This document shows positions 9,069-20,595 of a stretch of DNA of 32,000 bases, piece by piece. Below the pieces are notes generated by a model, which was not told where the DNA came from, ran no database searches, and saw nothing but the letters and a program-made list of their open reading frames with translations. The DNA is taken from positions 510,001 through 542,000 of the forward strand of contig NC_007969.1 in NCBI RefSeq assembly GCF_000013905.1. The letters are read 5' to 3'. Made by a program: the position numbers and the translations under genes. This DNA is from Psychrobacter cryohalolentis K5. Its GTDB lineage: Bacteria; Pseudomonadota; Gammaproteobacteria; Pseudomonadales; Moraxellaceae. Each line of letters opens with the position of its first letter. Position 1 is the first letter of the stretch.

Positions 9069-9409
9069 CGCTGTCAGTTTATTAGTAGGTGTTATCTTTA
9101 TCTAATAAATGAGCTGTATAAAGAATTAAATGAATAAGAGTTAGATAAAGTAGTGCAATAGCAGTACTGTATATTAACTTGTCATGTTCAACAGATTGAA
9201 AAGCACGTATAATGCCCCTATTTATACGCTTAACAGCTAAAATATCGAACACAAAGATAGTATAGCGTTAGAGCTAGTATTTTAATAAATATTGGTTTAA
9301 TAGAAAAAACACAGTGTCAACGGTTTGATGGTCATACATCATAAGCCGTCAAACAGTTATTTACCGATCTTTGATTGATAAATATTCACCAAAAAAAGAG
9401 GAAATACCC

Positions 9410-10600
9410 ATGGCAAAGGCCAAGTTTGAACGTCTAAAACCACATGTTAACGTCGGTACCATCGGACACGTTGACCACGGTAAAACCACCCTTACCGCTG
9501 CAATCGCAACCGTAGCTGCAATCACCTCTGGTGGCGAAGCCAAAGACTACGCGTCTATTGACTCAGCACCAGAAGAAAAAGCACGTGGCATCACCATCAA
9601 CACCTCACACGTAGAATATGACACCCCATCACGTCATTACGCTCACGTTGATTGCCCAGGTCACGCCGATTATGTTAAAAACATGATCACCGGTGCAGCC
9701 CAGATGGACGGCGCAATCCTAGTAGTATCAGCAACTGACGGCCCTATGCCACAAACCCGTGAGCACATCCTGCTTTCACGTCAGGTTGGCGTACCGTACA
9801 TCGTCGTATTCATGAACAAGTGCGACGTTGTTGATGACGAAGAATTGCTTGAACTCGTAGAAATGGAAGTTCGTGAATTATTAAGCGACTATGACTTCCC
9901 AGGTGATGACACCCCAATCATCCATGGTTCTGCCACTGAAGCCCTAAAAGGCTCACAAGAAAAATATGGTCAACCAGCCGTTGTAGAACTATTAAACGTT
10001 CTTGACACCTACATCCCAGAGCCAGAGCGTGACATCGACAAAGCATTCCTAATGCCAATCGAAGACGTATTCTCAATCTCAGGTCGTGGTACTGTTGTAA
10101 CTGGCCGTGTTGAATCTGGTATCGTACGCGTTGGCGACGAAATCGAAATCGTTGGTATCCGTGACACTCAAAAAACCACCTGTACTGGTGTAGAGATGTT
10201 CCGTAAACTGCTTGACGAAGGTCGTGCAGGCGAAAACTGTGGCGTACTACTACGTGGTACTAAGCGTGAAGACGTACAACGTGGCCAAGTACTAGCTAAG
10301 CCAGGTTCAATCACTCCTCACACCAAGTTTGACGCTGAAGTATATGTATTGTCAAAAGAAGAGGGTGGTCGTCACACACCATTCCTAAACGGCTATCGTC
10401 CACAGTTCTATTTCCGTACCACTGACGTAACTGGCGCAATCCAATTACAAGACGGTACTGAAATGGTTATGCCTGGTGATAACGTTGAGATGGGCGTAGA
10501 GCTTATCCACCCAATCGCTATGGACAAAGGTCTTCGCTTTGCTATTCGTGAAGGTGGCCGTACGGTAGGCGCTGGTGTTGTTGCTAACGTATTGAACTAA
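9410..10600 (+). CDS. tuf: Elongation factor Tu
   Basis: [28 protein letters not shown].., [12 protein letters not shown]; 396 aa. I place the start at the ATG at 9410, with SD AAGAGGA 8 nt upstream, rather than the TTG at 9371 used by the ORF track. Confidence 0.98.
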   Translation: MAKAKFERLKPHVNVGTIGHVDHGKTTLTAAIATVAAITSGGEAKDYASIDSAPEEKARGITINTSHVEYDTPSRHYAHVDCPGHADYVKNMITGAAQMDGAILVVSATDGPMPQTREHILLSRQVGVPYIVVFMNKCDVVDDEELLELVEMEVRELLSDYDFPGDDTPIIHGSATEALKGSQEKYGQPAVVELLNVLDTYIPEPERDIDKAFLMPIEDVFSISGRGTVVTGRVESGIVRVGDEIEIVGIRDTQKTTCTGVEMFRKLLDEGRAGENCGVLLRGTKREDVQRGQVLAKPGSITPHTKFDAEVYVLSKEEGGRHTPFLNGYRPQFYFRTTDVTGAIQLQDGTEMVMPGDNVEMGVELIHPIAMDKGLRFAIREGGRTVGAGVVANVLN

Positions 10601-10645
10601 TACTTAACGCTGTCAGAGTAATCTGATCTTCGTTAATAATTAGTC

Positions 10646-10678
10646 AAAAGCCATCCTCGAAAGAGGGTGGCTTTTTTT
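10646..10678 (+). terminator. Rho-independent terminator of tuf
   Basis: GCCATCCTC-GAAA-GAGGGTGGC (10650-10671; 9-bp stem with one G:U, GNRA loop) followed by T7. Confidence 0.85.
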
Positions 10679-10762
10679 GGGTATGGTTTGCTAATAGAAT
10701 GACAGTGTCGACAATCAACGATAATATGATTGATATTAAAGCCAACAAATAAAGGGGCGCTG

Positions 10763-11230
10763 ATGTTCGATATAAAAATACTAGAAGATAAGCAAGTAAC
10801 AACGATCCAAGCAGTTGCTACTATCGAAGCTATGATTCAGCGACAAGACCCTTGGACATCTCAAACAATAGGCGACCTGCTCGAACAGGATAGTATCAGT
10901 CTGATGGTTGTTACTGATAATTCTGCAAACGAATTGATTGGCTACTGTTTATACCAATTATTGTTTGAGCAAGCAGAGATTTTACGCATTGGCACTCATC
11001 CTGATTATCAGCGTCAAGGGATTGCCTCACGAGTTTTTATTAGACTAGATGAGACGTTAAAGGCCAATCAAGTAGAGAGTCTTCTATTAGAAGTGAGAGC
11101 AGATAATACTGCTGCGATCGCGTTATATGAGCAGCAAGGATTTACTGTGATTCATACACGTAAAAGCTACTATCAAGCAGCGCATCAACCGGCAGTCGAC
11201 GCGCTAATCATGCAGCGTATTTATAATTAA
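10763..11230 (+). CDS. rimI: GNAT family N-acetyltransferase, RimI-like (ribosomal-protein-alanine acetyltransferase)
   Basis: It has the acetyl-CoA motif YQRQGIASRVF and ..LLLEVRADNTAAIALYEQQGF.., typical of RimI. The start is taken at the ATG at 10763 (MFDIKILED), preceded by AAAGGGG. The track ORF begins at an upstream TTG (10730). Confidence 0.72.
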   Translation: MFDIKILEDKQVTTIQAVATIEAMIQRQDPWTSQTIGDLLEQDSISLMVVTDNSANELIGYCLYQLLFEQAEILRIGTHPDYQRQGIASRVFIRLDETLKANQVESLLLEVRADNTAAIALYEQQGFTVIHTRKSYYQAAHQPAVDALIMQRIYN

Positions 11231-11315
11231 TCTTAAAAAATATTAGCAGCTTTTATTATTTGAGATTTAAAACAATAACAAATATAAAATGCAGTATGGT
11301 ATCGAGGTTTCCTTA

Positions 11316-11750
11316 TCAGGATAAAGGCAGTGTCTTTTTACACACATCAATGTCGAGTTTATAATCACTATCAGCCTTCATATGCTCAAGAATATCAATG
11401 CGTTCGGTCAACATCTCTATCATCAAACTGATGGTCGTTTGTTGTTTTCTGATTTGAATCAGTTTTTGCTGGGTAATGTTCAGCTGTAAGTCAATATCAA
11501 GCTGCCCATCGTAATAATCATTGAGGCTGTCTTTGATTTCAGTCAGGGTAAAGCCAATTGCTTGTGCGCTTTTAATTAATTCGATACGTTCAACACATTC
11601 TGGATGAAACTCAGTATATAGCCGCGAACCTGCCTGACGCTTACGAGACTTCAGCAGCCCCAATTGATCATAGTGACGAATCGTATCTTTAGTGGTGTTG
11701 GCTTTGGTTGCCAGCTTACCTATTAATAAAAAAGAGGTATCAGGTGCCAT
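11316..11750 (-). CDS. MerR family transcriptional regulator
   Basis: 144 aa. It has an N-terminal MerR HTH (LIGKLATKANTTKDTIRHYDQLGLL), a wing, and a long coiled-coil dimerisation helix. There is no metal-binding Cys cluster of the CueR/MerR type. Confidence 0.85.
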   Translation of the reverse strand: MAPDTSFLLIGKLATKANTTKDTIRHYDQLGLLKSRKRQAGSRLYTEFHPECVERIELIKSAQAIGFTLTEIKDSLNDYYDGQLDIDLQLNITQQKLIQIRKQQTTISLMIEMLTERIDILEHMKADSDYKLDIDVCKKTLPLS

Positions 11751-11902
11751 AATGTACTCATGATCGTGATAGGTAAGTTACTGATTTATGAAAACATTGC
11801 TGATTAAACGTAATAGTAATAATCATACGTACTCAATCGAGTCGCGCTATTTCATGTATCGATTAGCCAGATCAACTTTAGATTTTAAAATAAAGTAATA
11901 AA

Positions 11903-12727
11903 CTAGAGGTTTAATTGCCAAGGTTGCAAACTCCCTAACAGCGGTACCGCTAGAGGCTTATGCGAGTTTTTGTGCCAATTATCTGAACTATTAGATATTA
12001 ATATATCTAGTTGAGTCAAAAACTCAGTACGTGACAAGGTGATAGCACCTAAACTCATGAGATGATCGTTAGGGAGTTGACAGTCGACAAGATTAACATT
12101 GCTGTGCTCACATAAGCGCATCAAGCCCCAAAATGCTAGCTTTGATGCATTAGAAGCGATATGGAACATCGATTCACCAAAATAAATACCGCCTATTTTT
12201 AAGCCATATAAACCACCAACGAGCGCGCCTTTATCATCCCAAACTTCAATACTATGCGCGAAGCCTTGAGCATGTAGCTCAGTATAAGCTTCAATCATCT
12301 CATCATGAATCCAAGTATGTTCGCCAACAGGCTGACTTTCATTAAGATCGTTATTAACGCCATTACTACGCGGTAAACTACAAGCGTGTATGACTTCATC
12401 AAAAGCTTGATTCAGTGTCAACTGCCAACGACTACGGTTTGCTAGCTTACGTAGCGATTTACTGGGCTGATAGTCTGTCGGCTGCATCACACATCTGGGT
12501 TCAGGGCACCACCAAGCAATTGGCTCATCGTCATTAAACCAAGGAAATAGACCCTGTGCGTAAGCAGAAATCAGCGTCTCAGGAGCTAAATCTCCCCCGA
12601 TAGCCACAATACCCATACCTTCAGGATCTACTATCGCTGGCTCTGGAAAGTCATAACGCCCAAGACTTTTGATATGTTGAACAAAAGCCTCAGGCGTTGT
12701 ATGACCATCGTTAACAAAATCGCTCAT
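11903..12727 (-). CDS. aat: Leucyl/phenylalanyl-tRNA--protein transferase
   Basis: 274 aa with family blocks GLFPWF..PIAWWCPEPR, HSIEVW..LVGGLYG, YFGESMFH..NASK and VDCQ..N.HL.SLGA. The ATG at 12727 abuts the trxB stop. Confidence 0.93.
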   Translation of the reverse strand: MSDFVNDGHTTPEAFVQHIKSLGRYDFPEPAIVDPEGMGIVAIGGDLAPETLISAYAQGLFPWFNDDEPIAWWCPEPRCVMQPTDYQPSKSLRKLANRSRWQLTLNQAFDEVIHACSLPRSNGVNNDLNESQPVGEHTWIHDEMIEAYTELHAQGFAHSIEVWDDKGALVGGLYGLKIGGIYFGESMFHIASNASKLAFWGLMRLCEHSNVNLVDCQLPNDHLMSLGAITLSRTEFLTQLDILISNSSDNWHKNSHKPLAVPLLGSLQPWQLNL

Positions 12728-13762
<1,035 letters not shown>

Positions 13763-13992
13763 CTAGAGCAATAAAAGTGAAAGGGTTCAACGTTAAAATA
13801 ATAAGTAGATATTATAAGTATTATAAAAGATAAGCGTAAAAATGACGACGTATCTGGTTATTATGGTTGCTATGTGATAATAACATAAGGGCTAAGAGCA
13901 AAAAGTGCAAGTTTGCTAAAACAAATATGGGTATCATTAGAACTAAAGTATCTGCAGCTTGAAATTTTAGTACCAAAAATTAGCCCATATTC

Positions 13993-14127
13993 AAATATAG
14001 TCAGTGAAAAGTGATATATAAACATCACGTACTGCTGGTATTAATTTGTCTTGCTTGCTGTGCCTACGCAGACAGAGGCTATAAAAAATTTATACCAGCA
14101 GTAACGTAGAGTTCTTAATATATTTTG
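13993..14127. repeat. 135-nt imperfect-palindromic intergenic repeat, copy A
   Basis: It aligns without gaps to 27375-27509 in the same orientation, with 113/135 identical positions by hand count. Internal 12-bp stem: 14030-14041 pairs with 14092-14103. Confidence 0.85.
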
Positions 14128-14475
14128 GTTAGATTCTAATGCAAAAAGAACAGGCATCATTTTTTACTAGCTGCATTTTTGGCTAAATCACTACTGGATT
14201 GATTTTCTTATGCGCTTTATTGATAACACGGTCGCCATGGCAGCTATGTATTTGTTATTATAAGAAGTTGTATGCCGCGCACAAAACAAAAACAGCAATG
14301 CGGTCAATATTTTGTCGTAGTATTTTAGATAAAGTTTTTGTGTTATTACGCCACATCAGTCGTAACCTATTACAGCAGTTTCTATCAGGAATTTATGTCA
14401 GCATGATTAAGCTTAATCATGGTTTGACGACTATTGAGTATTCATGACGAGTATTAACAACAAGGCAGATCTTAC

Positions 14476-17400
14476 GTGATATCAGCACCAATTATTGATT
14501 ACTTAAAAAAGGGCATATTTACCTTACTGGGATTACTCCTCGCGGTTTATTTGTTCGTGATTTTGATGACTTATACCGGTAATGATCCCAGCTGGTCGCA
14601 TATCAGTAGTGATATGACGACCATTAATAATATGGGCGGCGAGATGGGCGCATGGCTCTCAGATTTGCTGTATAGCTTCTTTGGTTTTGGTGCGTGGTGG
14701 TTACTGGCGTTTCTGGTTTATGAGTCAGTGCTGATTTGGTGGGACAATAAACCGACGTTTTGGTTATTACGCTTGGTTGCTTATGTGTTTTTAATATTGA
14801 GCAGCAGTGCCTTATTTGCCCAGATGATCGCATTGGTGCAGCAGGTAGCAGATCCAATATCTTCAGGACTCAAAGGCGTTGCTGGCGGTATTATTGGTCT
14901 TGAGCTACAAGCGAGGCTAGCACAGCTATTGTCGCAGTGGGGGAGTGTGACGTTTTTGGCAGTGTTTGTCGCTATTACGACCACCTTTGCCTTTAATATT
15001 CATTGGTTAAGTATTTACGAAAAATTCAAAACTTTGTCTTGGTTTGGGTCAGGTGTCAAAAACCTTGATAGCAGCCTTGATGCTAGTCAAATAACACAAG
15101 AAGACAATGCTACTAGTGCTGCCGATAAACAAGGTCGTGATATAGCAATAAGTGATACTAATACTCCAGAATATGAGCAATTGCCTCTTGAGTTGCAAGT
15201 GGATGAACAGGCTAACAATAAACAGCAAGACAATAGAAGTGGTCGTTTTAATAGCGCATTGACAGACTTTTTATCGTCTTCAGGATTGGGTGCCAGTGTA
15301 AAAGCTTCTATGGCAGCCGCTGCGCAAGTCGCCAGTGAAAGTACCAAACGAGAAGAGCAGCTACAAACTGCAGCCGCCACAACGACTAGCAATAGTGCTT
15401 TTAATCTAAATAAAACATCAGTACCTGCTACCAATGCTACGCCAATGCCTATCAGAAAGGTTGAGCCAAGTTTTGCATGGAACGATGCAAATACTGTCGC
15501 TGATTTATTAGCAAACCAGATAGAAAATGAGCAAGATACGATACCTTATGATTTCGTAAATGCTCCATATTCAGAGGCATCAGCTGCTGCTTCTGTTGAC
15601 AGCTTAAATACTGACATTTCTTCTGCTAGCCCAGTTCTTGATATCACTCAAGAGGAGGCTCAGCAACAAGCAGCACATTCGTTAAATGATTATGCACCGA
15701 ACATGTCAACTACGCAGCCAGATATTCCTGAATCAGCGCCTAGCGTCGATAGCTTAGTGGATGCATGGTTGGCAGAACATGCGGCAGTGCCGGAAGCGAC
15801 TGATTTTAGCCATGAACAAGAATTATCTGCCGTAGAGACATTAACAGAAACTGCAGCTGCACCTGTTCAGCAGCAAACTACTATCTCACCAAACGACATT
15901 ACTGACGACATTCCTAATAATGCTGCAAATGACTTGTTGAACGATTTGGAGTCTTTTTCTGATGCTGATGCTGATGTAGAGAATACATCAGAAATAATAG
16001 ATATGACACCGACCAATACCCCGCCTGCAAATCCAAAAGCACCACCAATAGCAGAGAGTACGGCTACCATATCAAGTATCGAGTCAGCCACAGTAACTAA
16101 ACCAACTATGAGTTTTGCAGTCCCAGAAGGTGATAGTAGCAATCATATTACGGATATGATGCCAGAAGACGACAATGTTTATGATAGCACTGACGAGATT
16201 GATGCTCCCGTTATGCCTCATATTAGTGATGATGTTGCATTCAGTCAAAAATCACGCTCGATGCAAACGGCTGCCTATCGTAGTAGTCTGTCGCCGATTC
16301 CAGAGATGTCGATCTTAGATAAGCCAGACCCCAATCGTCAGCCAAGCTATACGCTTGCTGAGCTTGAGCAGTTATCAGAGCTACTGGAAATTAAATTACA
16401 AGAGTTCAATGTCAAAGCAAATGTTGTTAATGCGATTCCAGGACCTGTCGTCACTCGCTTTGAAGTAGAACTTGCGCCTGGGATAAAAGCCAGTAAAGTT
16501 ACGGGAATTTCACGTGATTTGGCACGCTCATTATCAATGGCATCTTTACGTGTGGTTGAGGTTATTCCTGGTAAACCCTATATTGGTATCGAAGTACCCA
16601 ATAAACAGCGCGAAATGGTACGTTTGATTGAGTTGTTGGATACCGAAAAATTTAAAGATCCTAAAGCGCAAATCAGTATGGCGATGGGTAAAGATATTGG
16701 CGGTAAAGCTATTATTACTGATCTTGCACGAGCGCCGCATATGTTGGTCGCTGGTACGACGGGTTCTGGTAAATCAGTCTTGGTCAACGCGATGTTACTA
16801 TCGATGCTGCTCAAATATACGCCGAACGAGCTGCGAATGATTCTTATCGATCCTAAGCAGCTTGAACTTGCCAACTATAATGATATTCCGCATTTGCTGA
16901 CCCCAGTCGTTACCGATATGACTGAGGCGGCAAGTGCCTTGTCATGGTGCGTCGCAGAGATGGAACGTCGTTATCAGCTTATGAGCTTGCTAAAGGTGCG
17001 TAAACTAAATGAGTTTAACAAAAAAGTGATCGCTGCTGAAAAATCAGGCAATCCAATGCTTGACCCATTATGGCGACCCAATGACAGCGTAAGTATTAGC
17101 CAAGCACCAAAGCTAAAAACCTTACCGATGATTGTCATCGTTGCAGACGAGTTTGCCGATATGATTATGCAGGTCGGTAAGCAGGCAGAAGAGTTGATTA
17201 CACGCTTGGCGCAAAAATCGCGGGCAGCAGGGATTCATTTAATCCTTGCGACTCAGCGTCCTTCAGTTGATGTGATTACTGGTTTGATTAAAGCCAATAT
17301 TCCGGTACGAGCAGCGTTACGAGTCAACTCAAAAGTCGATTCACGGACTATTTTGGATAGTGGTGGCGCAGAAGATATGCTTGGTAATGGCGATATGCTG

Positions 17401-17769
17401 TTCTTAGGGCCTGGGCAAATTGAACCTGATCGTGTCCATGGTGCTTATGTCAGCGATGAAGAGGTCAATAGCGTCTGTGATGCATGGCGTGAGCGCGGTG
17501 CGCCTGATTATATCGACAATATGGCAGGCAATTTTGAATTGTCTAGTCCTAGCGGTGGCAGTAGTGCTGCCAATGCCTCTGGTGAAGATGATGACCTTTA
17601 CAACGAAGCCGTTGGTTTTATTATGGAGACTCGTAAAGTTTCCGCTTCTAGTATTCAGCGTAAATTTAGCATTGGCTATAACCGCGCCGCGCGTATTGTT
17701 GACTCGATGGAAGAGGCTGGACTGGTCAGTTCAATGGGTAAGAGTGGTAAACGTGAGCTACTAATGTAG
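14476..17769 (+). CDS. ftsK: DNA translocase FtsK
   Basis: 1097 aa. It has N-terminal multi-TM segments and a long low-complexity linker. The motor domain has Walker A GTTGSGKS and Walker B IVIVADEFAD. The C-terminal gamma winged helix reads SASSIQRKFSIGYNRAARIVDSMEEAGLVS. The start is GTG at 14476, the first start after an in-frame stop at 14455-14457. Confidence 0.96.
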   Translation: MISAPIIDYLKKGIFTLLGLLLAVYLFVILMTYTGNDPSWSHISSDMTTINNMGGEMGAWLSDLLYSFFGFGAWWLLAFLVYESVLIWWDNKPTFWLLRLVAYVFLILSSSALFAQMIALVQQVADPISSGLKGVAGGIIGLELQARLAQLLSQWGSVTFLAVFVAITTTFAFNIHWLSIYEKFKTLSWFGSGVKNLDSSLDASQITQEDNATSAADKQGRDIAISDTNTPEYEQLPLELQVDEQANNKQQDNRSGRFNSALTDFLSSSGLGASVKASMAAAAQVASESTKREEQLQTAAATTTSNSAFNLNKTSVPATNATPMPIRKVEPSFAWNDANTVADLLANQIENEQDTIPYDFVNAPYSEASAAASVDSLNTDISSASPVLDITQEEAQQQAAHSLNDYAPNMSTTQPDIPESAPSVDSLVDAWLAEHAAVPEATDFSHEQELSAVETLTETAAAPVQQQTTISPNDITDDIPNNAANDLLNDLESFSDADADVENTSEIIDMTPTNTPPANPKAPPIAESTATISSIESATVTKPTMSFAVPEGDSSNHITDMMPEDDNVYDSTDEIDAPVMPHISDDVAFSQKSRSMQTAAYRSSLSPIPEMSILDKPDPNRQPSYTLAELEQLSELLEIKLQEFNVKANVVNAIPGPVVTRFEVELAPGIKASKVTGISRDLARSLSMASLRVVEVIPGKPYIGIEVPNKQREMVRLIELLDTEKFKDPKAQISMAMGKDIGGKAIITDLARAPHMLVAGTTGSGKSVLVNAMLLSMLLKYTPNELRMILIDPKQLELANYNDIPHLLTPVVTDMTEAASALSWCVAEMERRYQLMSLLKVRKLNEFNKKVIAAEKSGNPMLDPLWRPNDSVSISQAPKLKTLPMIVIVADEFADMIMQVGKQAEELITRLAQKSRAAGIHLILATQRPSVDVITGLIKANIPVRAALRVNSKVDSRTILDSGGAEDMLGNGDMLFLGPGQIEPDRVHGAYVSDEEVNSVCDAWRERGAPDYIDNMAGNFELSSPSGGSSAANASGEDDDLYNEAVGFIMETRKVSASSIQRKFSIGYNRAARIVDSMEEAGLVSSMGKSGKRELLM

Positions 17770-17791
17770 AGCTTATGTTTGACTGGATGGT

Positions 17792-17827
17792 AAAAAGACG
17801 ATTTACGAAAGTAACTCGTCTTTTTTA
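17792..17827 (+). terminator. Rho-independent terminator of ftsK
   Basis: AAAAGACGA-T-TTAC GAAA GTAA-C-TCGTCTTTT (13-bp stem, one mismatch, GAAA loop) running into T6. Confidence 0.8.
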
Positions 17828-18052
17828 TTGAAGATATTAAGGAATTTTATGTAGTAAAAGGTTTTAGGAGTATTATTTTCAGGCTATCAATTGCCCCTAT
17901 CAAATAGGATTCTAAATACCGTAAATGACTAATGAGTTTGTTTATTCATTATAAACAGTGAGGTTTTATACTAAACTGATTACTGTCTATAAATCGGATA
18001 CATATTAATCTTTTAAAATTTTAATTTGATTATTCTCCAAGGAAGGTCGGTT

Positions 18053-19546
18053 ATGTTTAAAGAATATACCCAATACGATGCATTAGCACTCGCGGCATTG
18101 GTCAATGCTGGGGAAGTCAGTGCCAAAGAGTGGCTGGATGCAGCAGTCTATCAAGCCAATCAGCTCAATCCCAAATTGAATGCTATCATTCATCGTTTTG
18201 ACGAGCGCGCTTATGCTGCAGCGCAGGCGGGACTGCCAGCTGGTGTATTTAACGGCGTCCCTTATTTATTAAAAGATTTGTCATTTAGCTTCACTGATGA
18301 GCCGATTACGATGGGCAGTCGTAGCGTCAATATCATCTCAAAAAGCGATAGCGAAATCGTCAAGCGTATGAAAGCTACGGGTGTGAACACTTTTGGTAAG
18401 ACCAATACCCCAGAATTTGGCTTGATTATCACCACTGAGCCAAAAGCACATGGCGTGACACATAATCCTTTTAAAAAAGGCTATAGCTCTGGTGGCTCAT
18501 CGGGTGGTAGTGCGGCGGCAGTGGCAAGCGGTATCGTACCGATGGCAGGCGCGGGCGATGGTGGCGGCTCGATACGCTTTCCTGCTGCATGGTGTGGTAC
18601 GTTTGGACTTAAACCCAGTCGTGGACGTAACCCAATGGGTCCCTTATTTGGTGAAGGCTGGGAAGGCGCAGTAGCCGATCATGTAATTACACGTAGCGTG
18701 CGTGATAGTGCAGCGATGCTTGATGCGACTAGTGGTGCTGAGATTGGGGCGCCTTATGTCATAGCGCCGCCTAAAGGTACTTTCTTAGAAGCGGCGATGC
18801 GCGCTCCACGACAACTGACCATCGCCTTGCATCAACAGCCATTGGTCGCTAATACTATGGTCGATAAGGAAGTGCTTACCGTATTAGAGCAGACAGCTAA
18901 GCAGCTAGAAGCCATGGGTCACCGCGTAATACCGGCTGAACCTAATATTAATATTGAACAATTCTGGCATAATTTTTTAGTCGTTGTTTGCGCGCATACT
19001 GCGTTTACTATTGATAATATTGAGCGTTGCTATGGTGCGCAGCATATACAAAATCTTGAACCGCAAACGTATAATATGGCAATGTTAGGACGTTCATTAT
19101 CGGCTGTTGATTTGGCGCACGCCAAGCATGGCTGGCATGATAGCCAATATCAAACCGGTCTTCTGCTAGAGACCTACGATATGATTTTGTGCCCAACCGT
19201 TCCAACACCGGCAGTAAAACATGGCGTATTACCACCAAGTCGCATGGACGAAATGCTGATGCGCAGCGCTGGTTTGCTAAATAAAGGCATGGATATGGGC
19301 AAATACGCTTTTAGCTCAGGCATGATTGAAAAGTTAAGCTCGCCAGTGCTTGGGAAGATGGGTTTTACCTTATTGGGTAATATTACAGGCTTGCCAGCCA
19401 TGTCGTTGCCTGTCGGTATGAGTAAAAAAGGTCTGCCGATCGGTATGCAATTGATTGGGCGTATGAATGATGAGACGACGTTATTGAGTGTAGCAGGCGA
19501 AATGGAGCGTGGAGGTTTATTTACCAAACTTGCTTTTGAAAAGTAG
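18053..19546 (+). CDS. Amidase (amidase-signature family)
   Basis: It has the Gly/Ser-rich AS motif [14 protein letters not shown] and an upstream LLKDL Lys. The start is taken at the ATG at 18053 (MFKEYTQYD) with SD AAGGAAGG. The track ORF starts at TTG 18026. Confidence 0.85.
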   Translation: MFKEYTQYDALALAALVNAGEVSAKEWLDAAVYQANQLNPKLNAIIHRFDERAYAAAQAGLPAGVFNGVPYLLKDLSFSFTDEPITMGSRSVNIISKSDSEIVKRMKATGVNTFGKTNTPEFGLIITTEPKAHGVTHNPFKKGYSSGGSSGGSAAAVASGIVPMAGAGDGGGSIRFPAAWCGTFGLKPSRGRNPMGPLFGEGWEGAVADHVITRSVRDSAAMLDATSGAEIGAPYVIAPPKGTFLEAAMRAPRQLTIALHQQPLVANTMVDKEVLTVLEQTAKQLEAMGHRVIPAEPNINIEQFWHNFLVVVCAHTAFTIDNIERCYGAQHIQNLEPQTYNMAMLGRSLSAVDLAHAKHGWHDSQYQTGLLLETYDMILCPTVPTPAVKHGVLPPSRMDEMLMRSAGLLNKGMDMGKYAFSSGMIEKLSSPVLGKMGFTLLGNITGLPAMSLPVGMSKKGLPIGMQLIGRMNDETTLLSVAGEMERGGLFTKLAFEK

Positions 19547-19571
19547 TGTGGTATACCTGCATATATCTGAC

Positions 19572-19599
19572 GCTTTGATTGAGAGCCTTTAATCAAAGC
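19572..19599. terminator. Hairpin between the convergent amidase and dioxygenase genes (possible bidirectional terminator)
   Basis: GCTTTGATT (19572-19580) pairs with AATCAAAGC (19591-19599), with a 10-nt loop. It overlaps the stop codon of the minus-strand gene. There is no clear U-run, so confidence is low. Confidence 0.3.
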
Positions 19600-20530
19600 G
19601 ATAGATATCCATGCCTAAGCTATGATGCGCCATACTTTGATGCACGACTGAGACACGTTGACCGGCACCTAAGGCAAAAAATAGCGGCAGTAAATGCTCA
19701 TCACTTGGATGGATATCTTTATAGTCAGGATATTGCTGCCAGTCTAGGGCGCTTGGGATGTCGGTTTTGAGCTGTTGTAGTAGCCAAACTTTAAAATCTT
19801 TTGCGGTTTGATCAATACTGTCTGCTTGCCAGCGTAGCGCTTGCAAATTGTGGGTGATATTCCCTGAACCGATAATCAAAATTTGCTCATCACGCAGCCG
19901 TGCCAGTTGCGCGCCCAATTGATAGCAGGCGATACTGTCATAATACTGTGGCAAGGATACTTGTACGATAGGAATATCAGCCTGTGGATACAGGTGTAAA
20001 AGTGGCGCCCATACCCCATGGTCACTGACACGTAAAGGATTGACCCTACAAACAATACCACGGGCACTCAGTTGCTGCGCCAAGGTCTCAGCAAGTGCTG
20101 GATGACCAGCAGCAGGATATTGCAGCTCATATAGCTCTGGAGTAAAACCTGAAAAATCATGCCACGTTTTTGGCTCAGGATTGCTGCTGATCTCAAGTTT
20201 CGCGGATTGCCAATGCGCGGACATAATGACGATGGCACGAGGTTTGGGTAAGTTTTGTCCTATACGAGCTAGCGCGCTCGTCGTAGCAGATTGCTCGATA
20301 GCCAGCGTCGGTGCACCATGCGATATAAACAGCGCTGGTAACTTAGGGCGCTTTGCCGCGCTCGATATGATAGGCGTATCTGTCCAAGCCGCCGCCGCCG
20401 TAATTGGCGTCGATATTAGTGGGCTATGCAAATCGTCGCGATTATCATCGCGTTGCGGATTGATACTTTGGGCATTGGGTGTTGCAGGTTTAGGATGTCT
20501 CATGTGGCATTTATTAGGGCGTGCGTCCAT
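19589..20530 (-). CDS. Class III extradiol ring-cleavage dioxygenase, YgiD-like (4,5-DOPA dioxygenase extradiol family)
   Basis: Family blocks are LPALFISHGAP, VIMSAHW, DHGVWAPL and IIGSGNITHNL. The ORF carries a roughly 60-aa hydrophilic N-terminal extension with no plausible internal ATG/GTG/TTG start close to the conserved core. Confidence 0.8.
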   Translation of the reverse strand: MDARPNKCHMRHPKPATPNAQSINPQRDDNRDDLHSPLISTPITAAAAWTDTPIISSAAKRPKLPALFISHGAPTLAIEQSATTSALARIGQNLPKPRAIVIMSAHWQSAKLEISSNPEPKTWHDFSGFTPELYELQYPAAGHPALAETLAQQLSARGIVCRVNPLRVSDHGVWAPLLHLYPQADIPIVQVSLPQYYDSIACYQLGAQLARLRDEQILIIGSGNITHNLQALRWQADSIDQTAKDFKVWLLQQLKTDIPSALDWQQYPDYKDIHPSDEHLLPLFFALGAGQRVSVVHQSMAHHSLGMDIYRFD

Positions 20531-20595
20531 TTTTCAATCTGTTGTGTCACTGTGATTGATGATGTTTTCCTACGGGATAGTTTTCTATTGCTACT

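Noticed and set aside
9011-9175. Possible degenerate third copy of the 135-nt repeat (ATACAGTGTGGCAG.., ..TGCGCTGTCAG.., ..ATAGCAGTACTGTA)
   Set aside because: There are only short scattered word matches, with roughly half of positions matching in the best 25-nt stretch. There is no collinear alignment and no matching stem arms. This is indistinguishable from chance in AT-rich DNA.
9371-9409. Upstream TTG start for tuf, as drawn in the ORF track
   Set aside because: The family-typical N-terminus MAKAKFER begins at the ATG at 9410 with a well-placed SD. The 13 extra codons have no counterpart in EF-Tu.
14199-14447. 82-aa ORF in the trxB-ftsK intergenic region (the position of lrp in E. coli)
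   Set aside because: It has a TTG start without an SD and a Cys/Lys/Arg/Ile-rich sequence. It shows no resemblance to Lrp/AsnC or any family I recognise. It is probably non-coding.
14624-17764. Multiple ORFs (both strands) inside ftsK, e.g. 15087-15434(-), 15867-16142(-), 16578-16874(-) and 17420-17764(+)
   Set aside because: All are embedded in the well-supported ftsK frame. The low-complexity linker DNA naturally yields open alternative frames, and there are no motifs. The long acidic/Ala/Ser/Thr-rich FtsK linker itself is normal for the family and is not reported as a finding.
19174-20555. Antisense ORFs 19174-19596(-), 19579-19770(+), 19876-20067(-) and 20181-20555(+)
   Set aside because: They overlap the amidase and the YgiD-like gene, which have clear family motifs. 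The alternative frames have no recognisable features.
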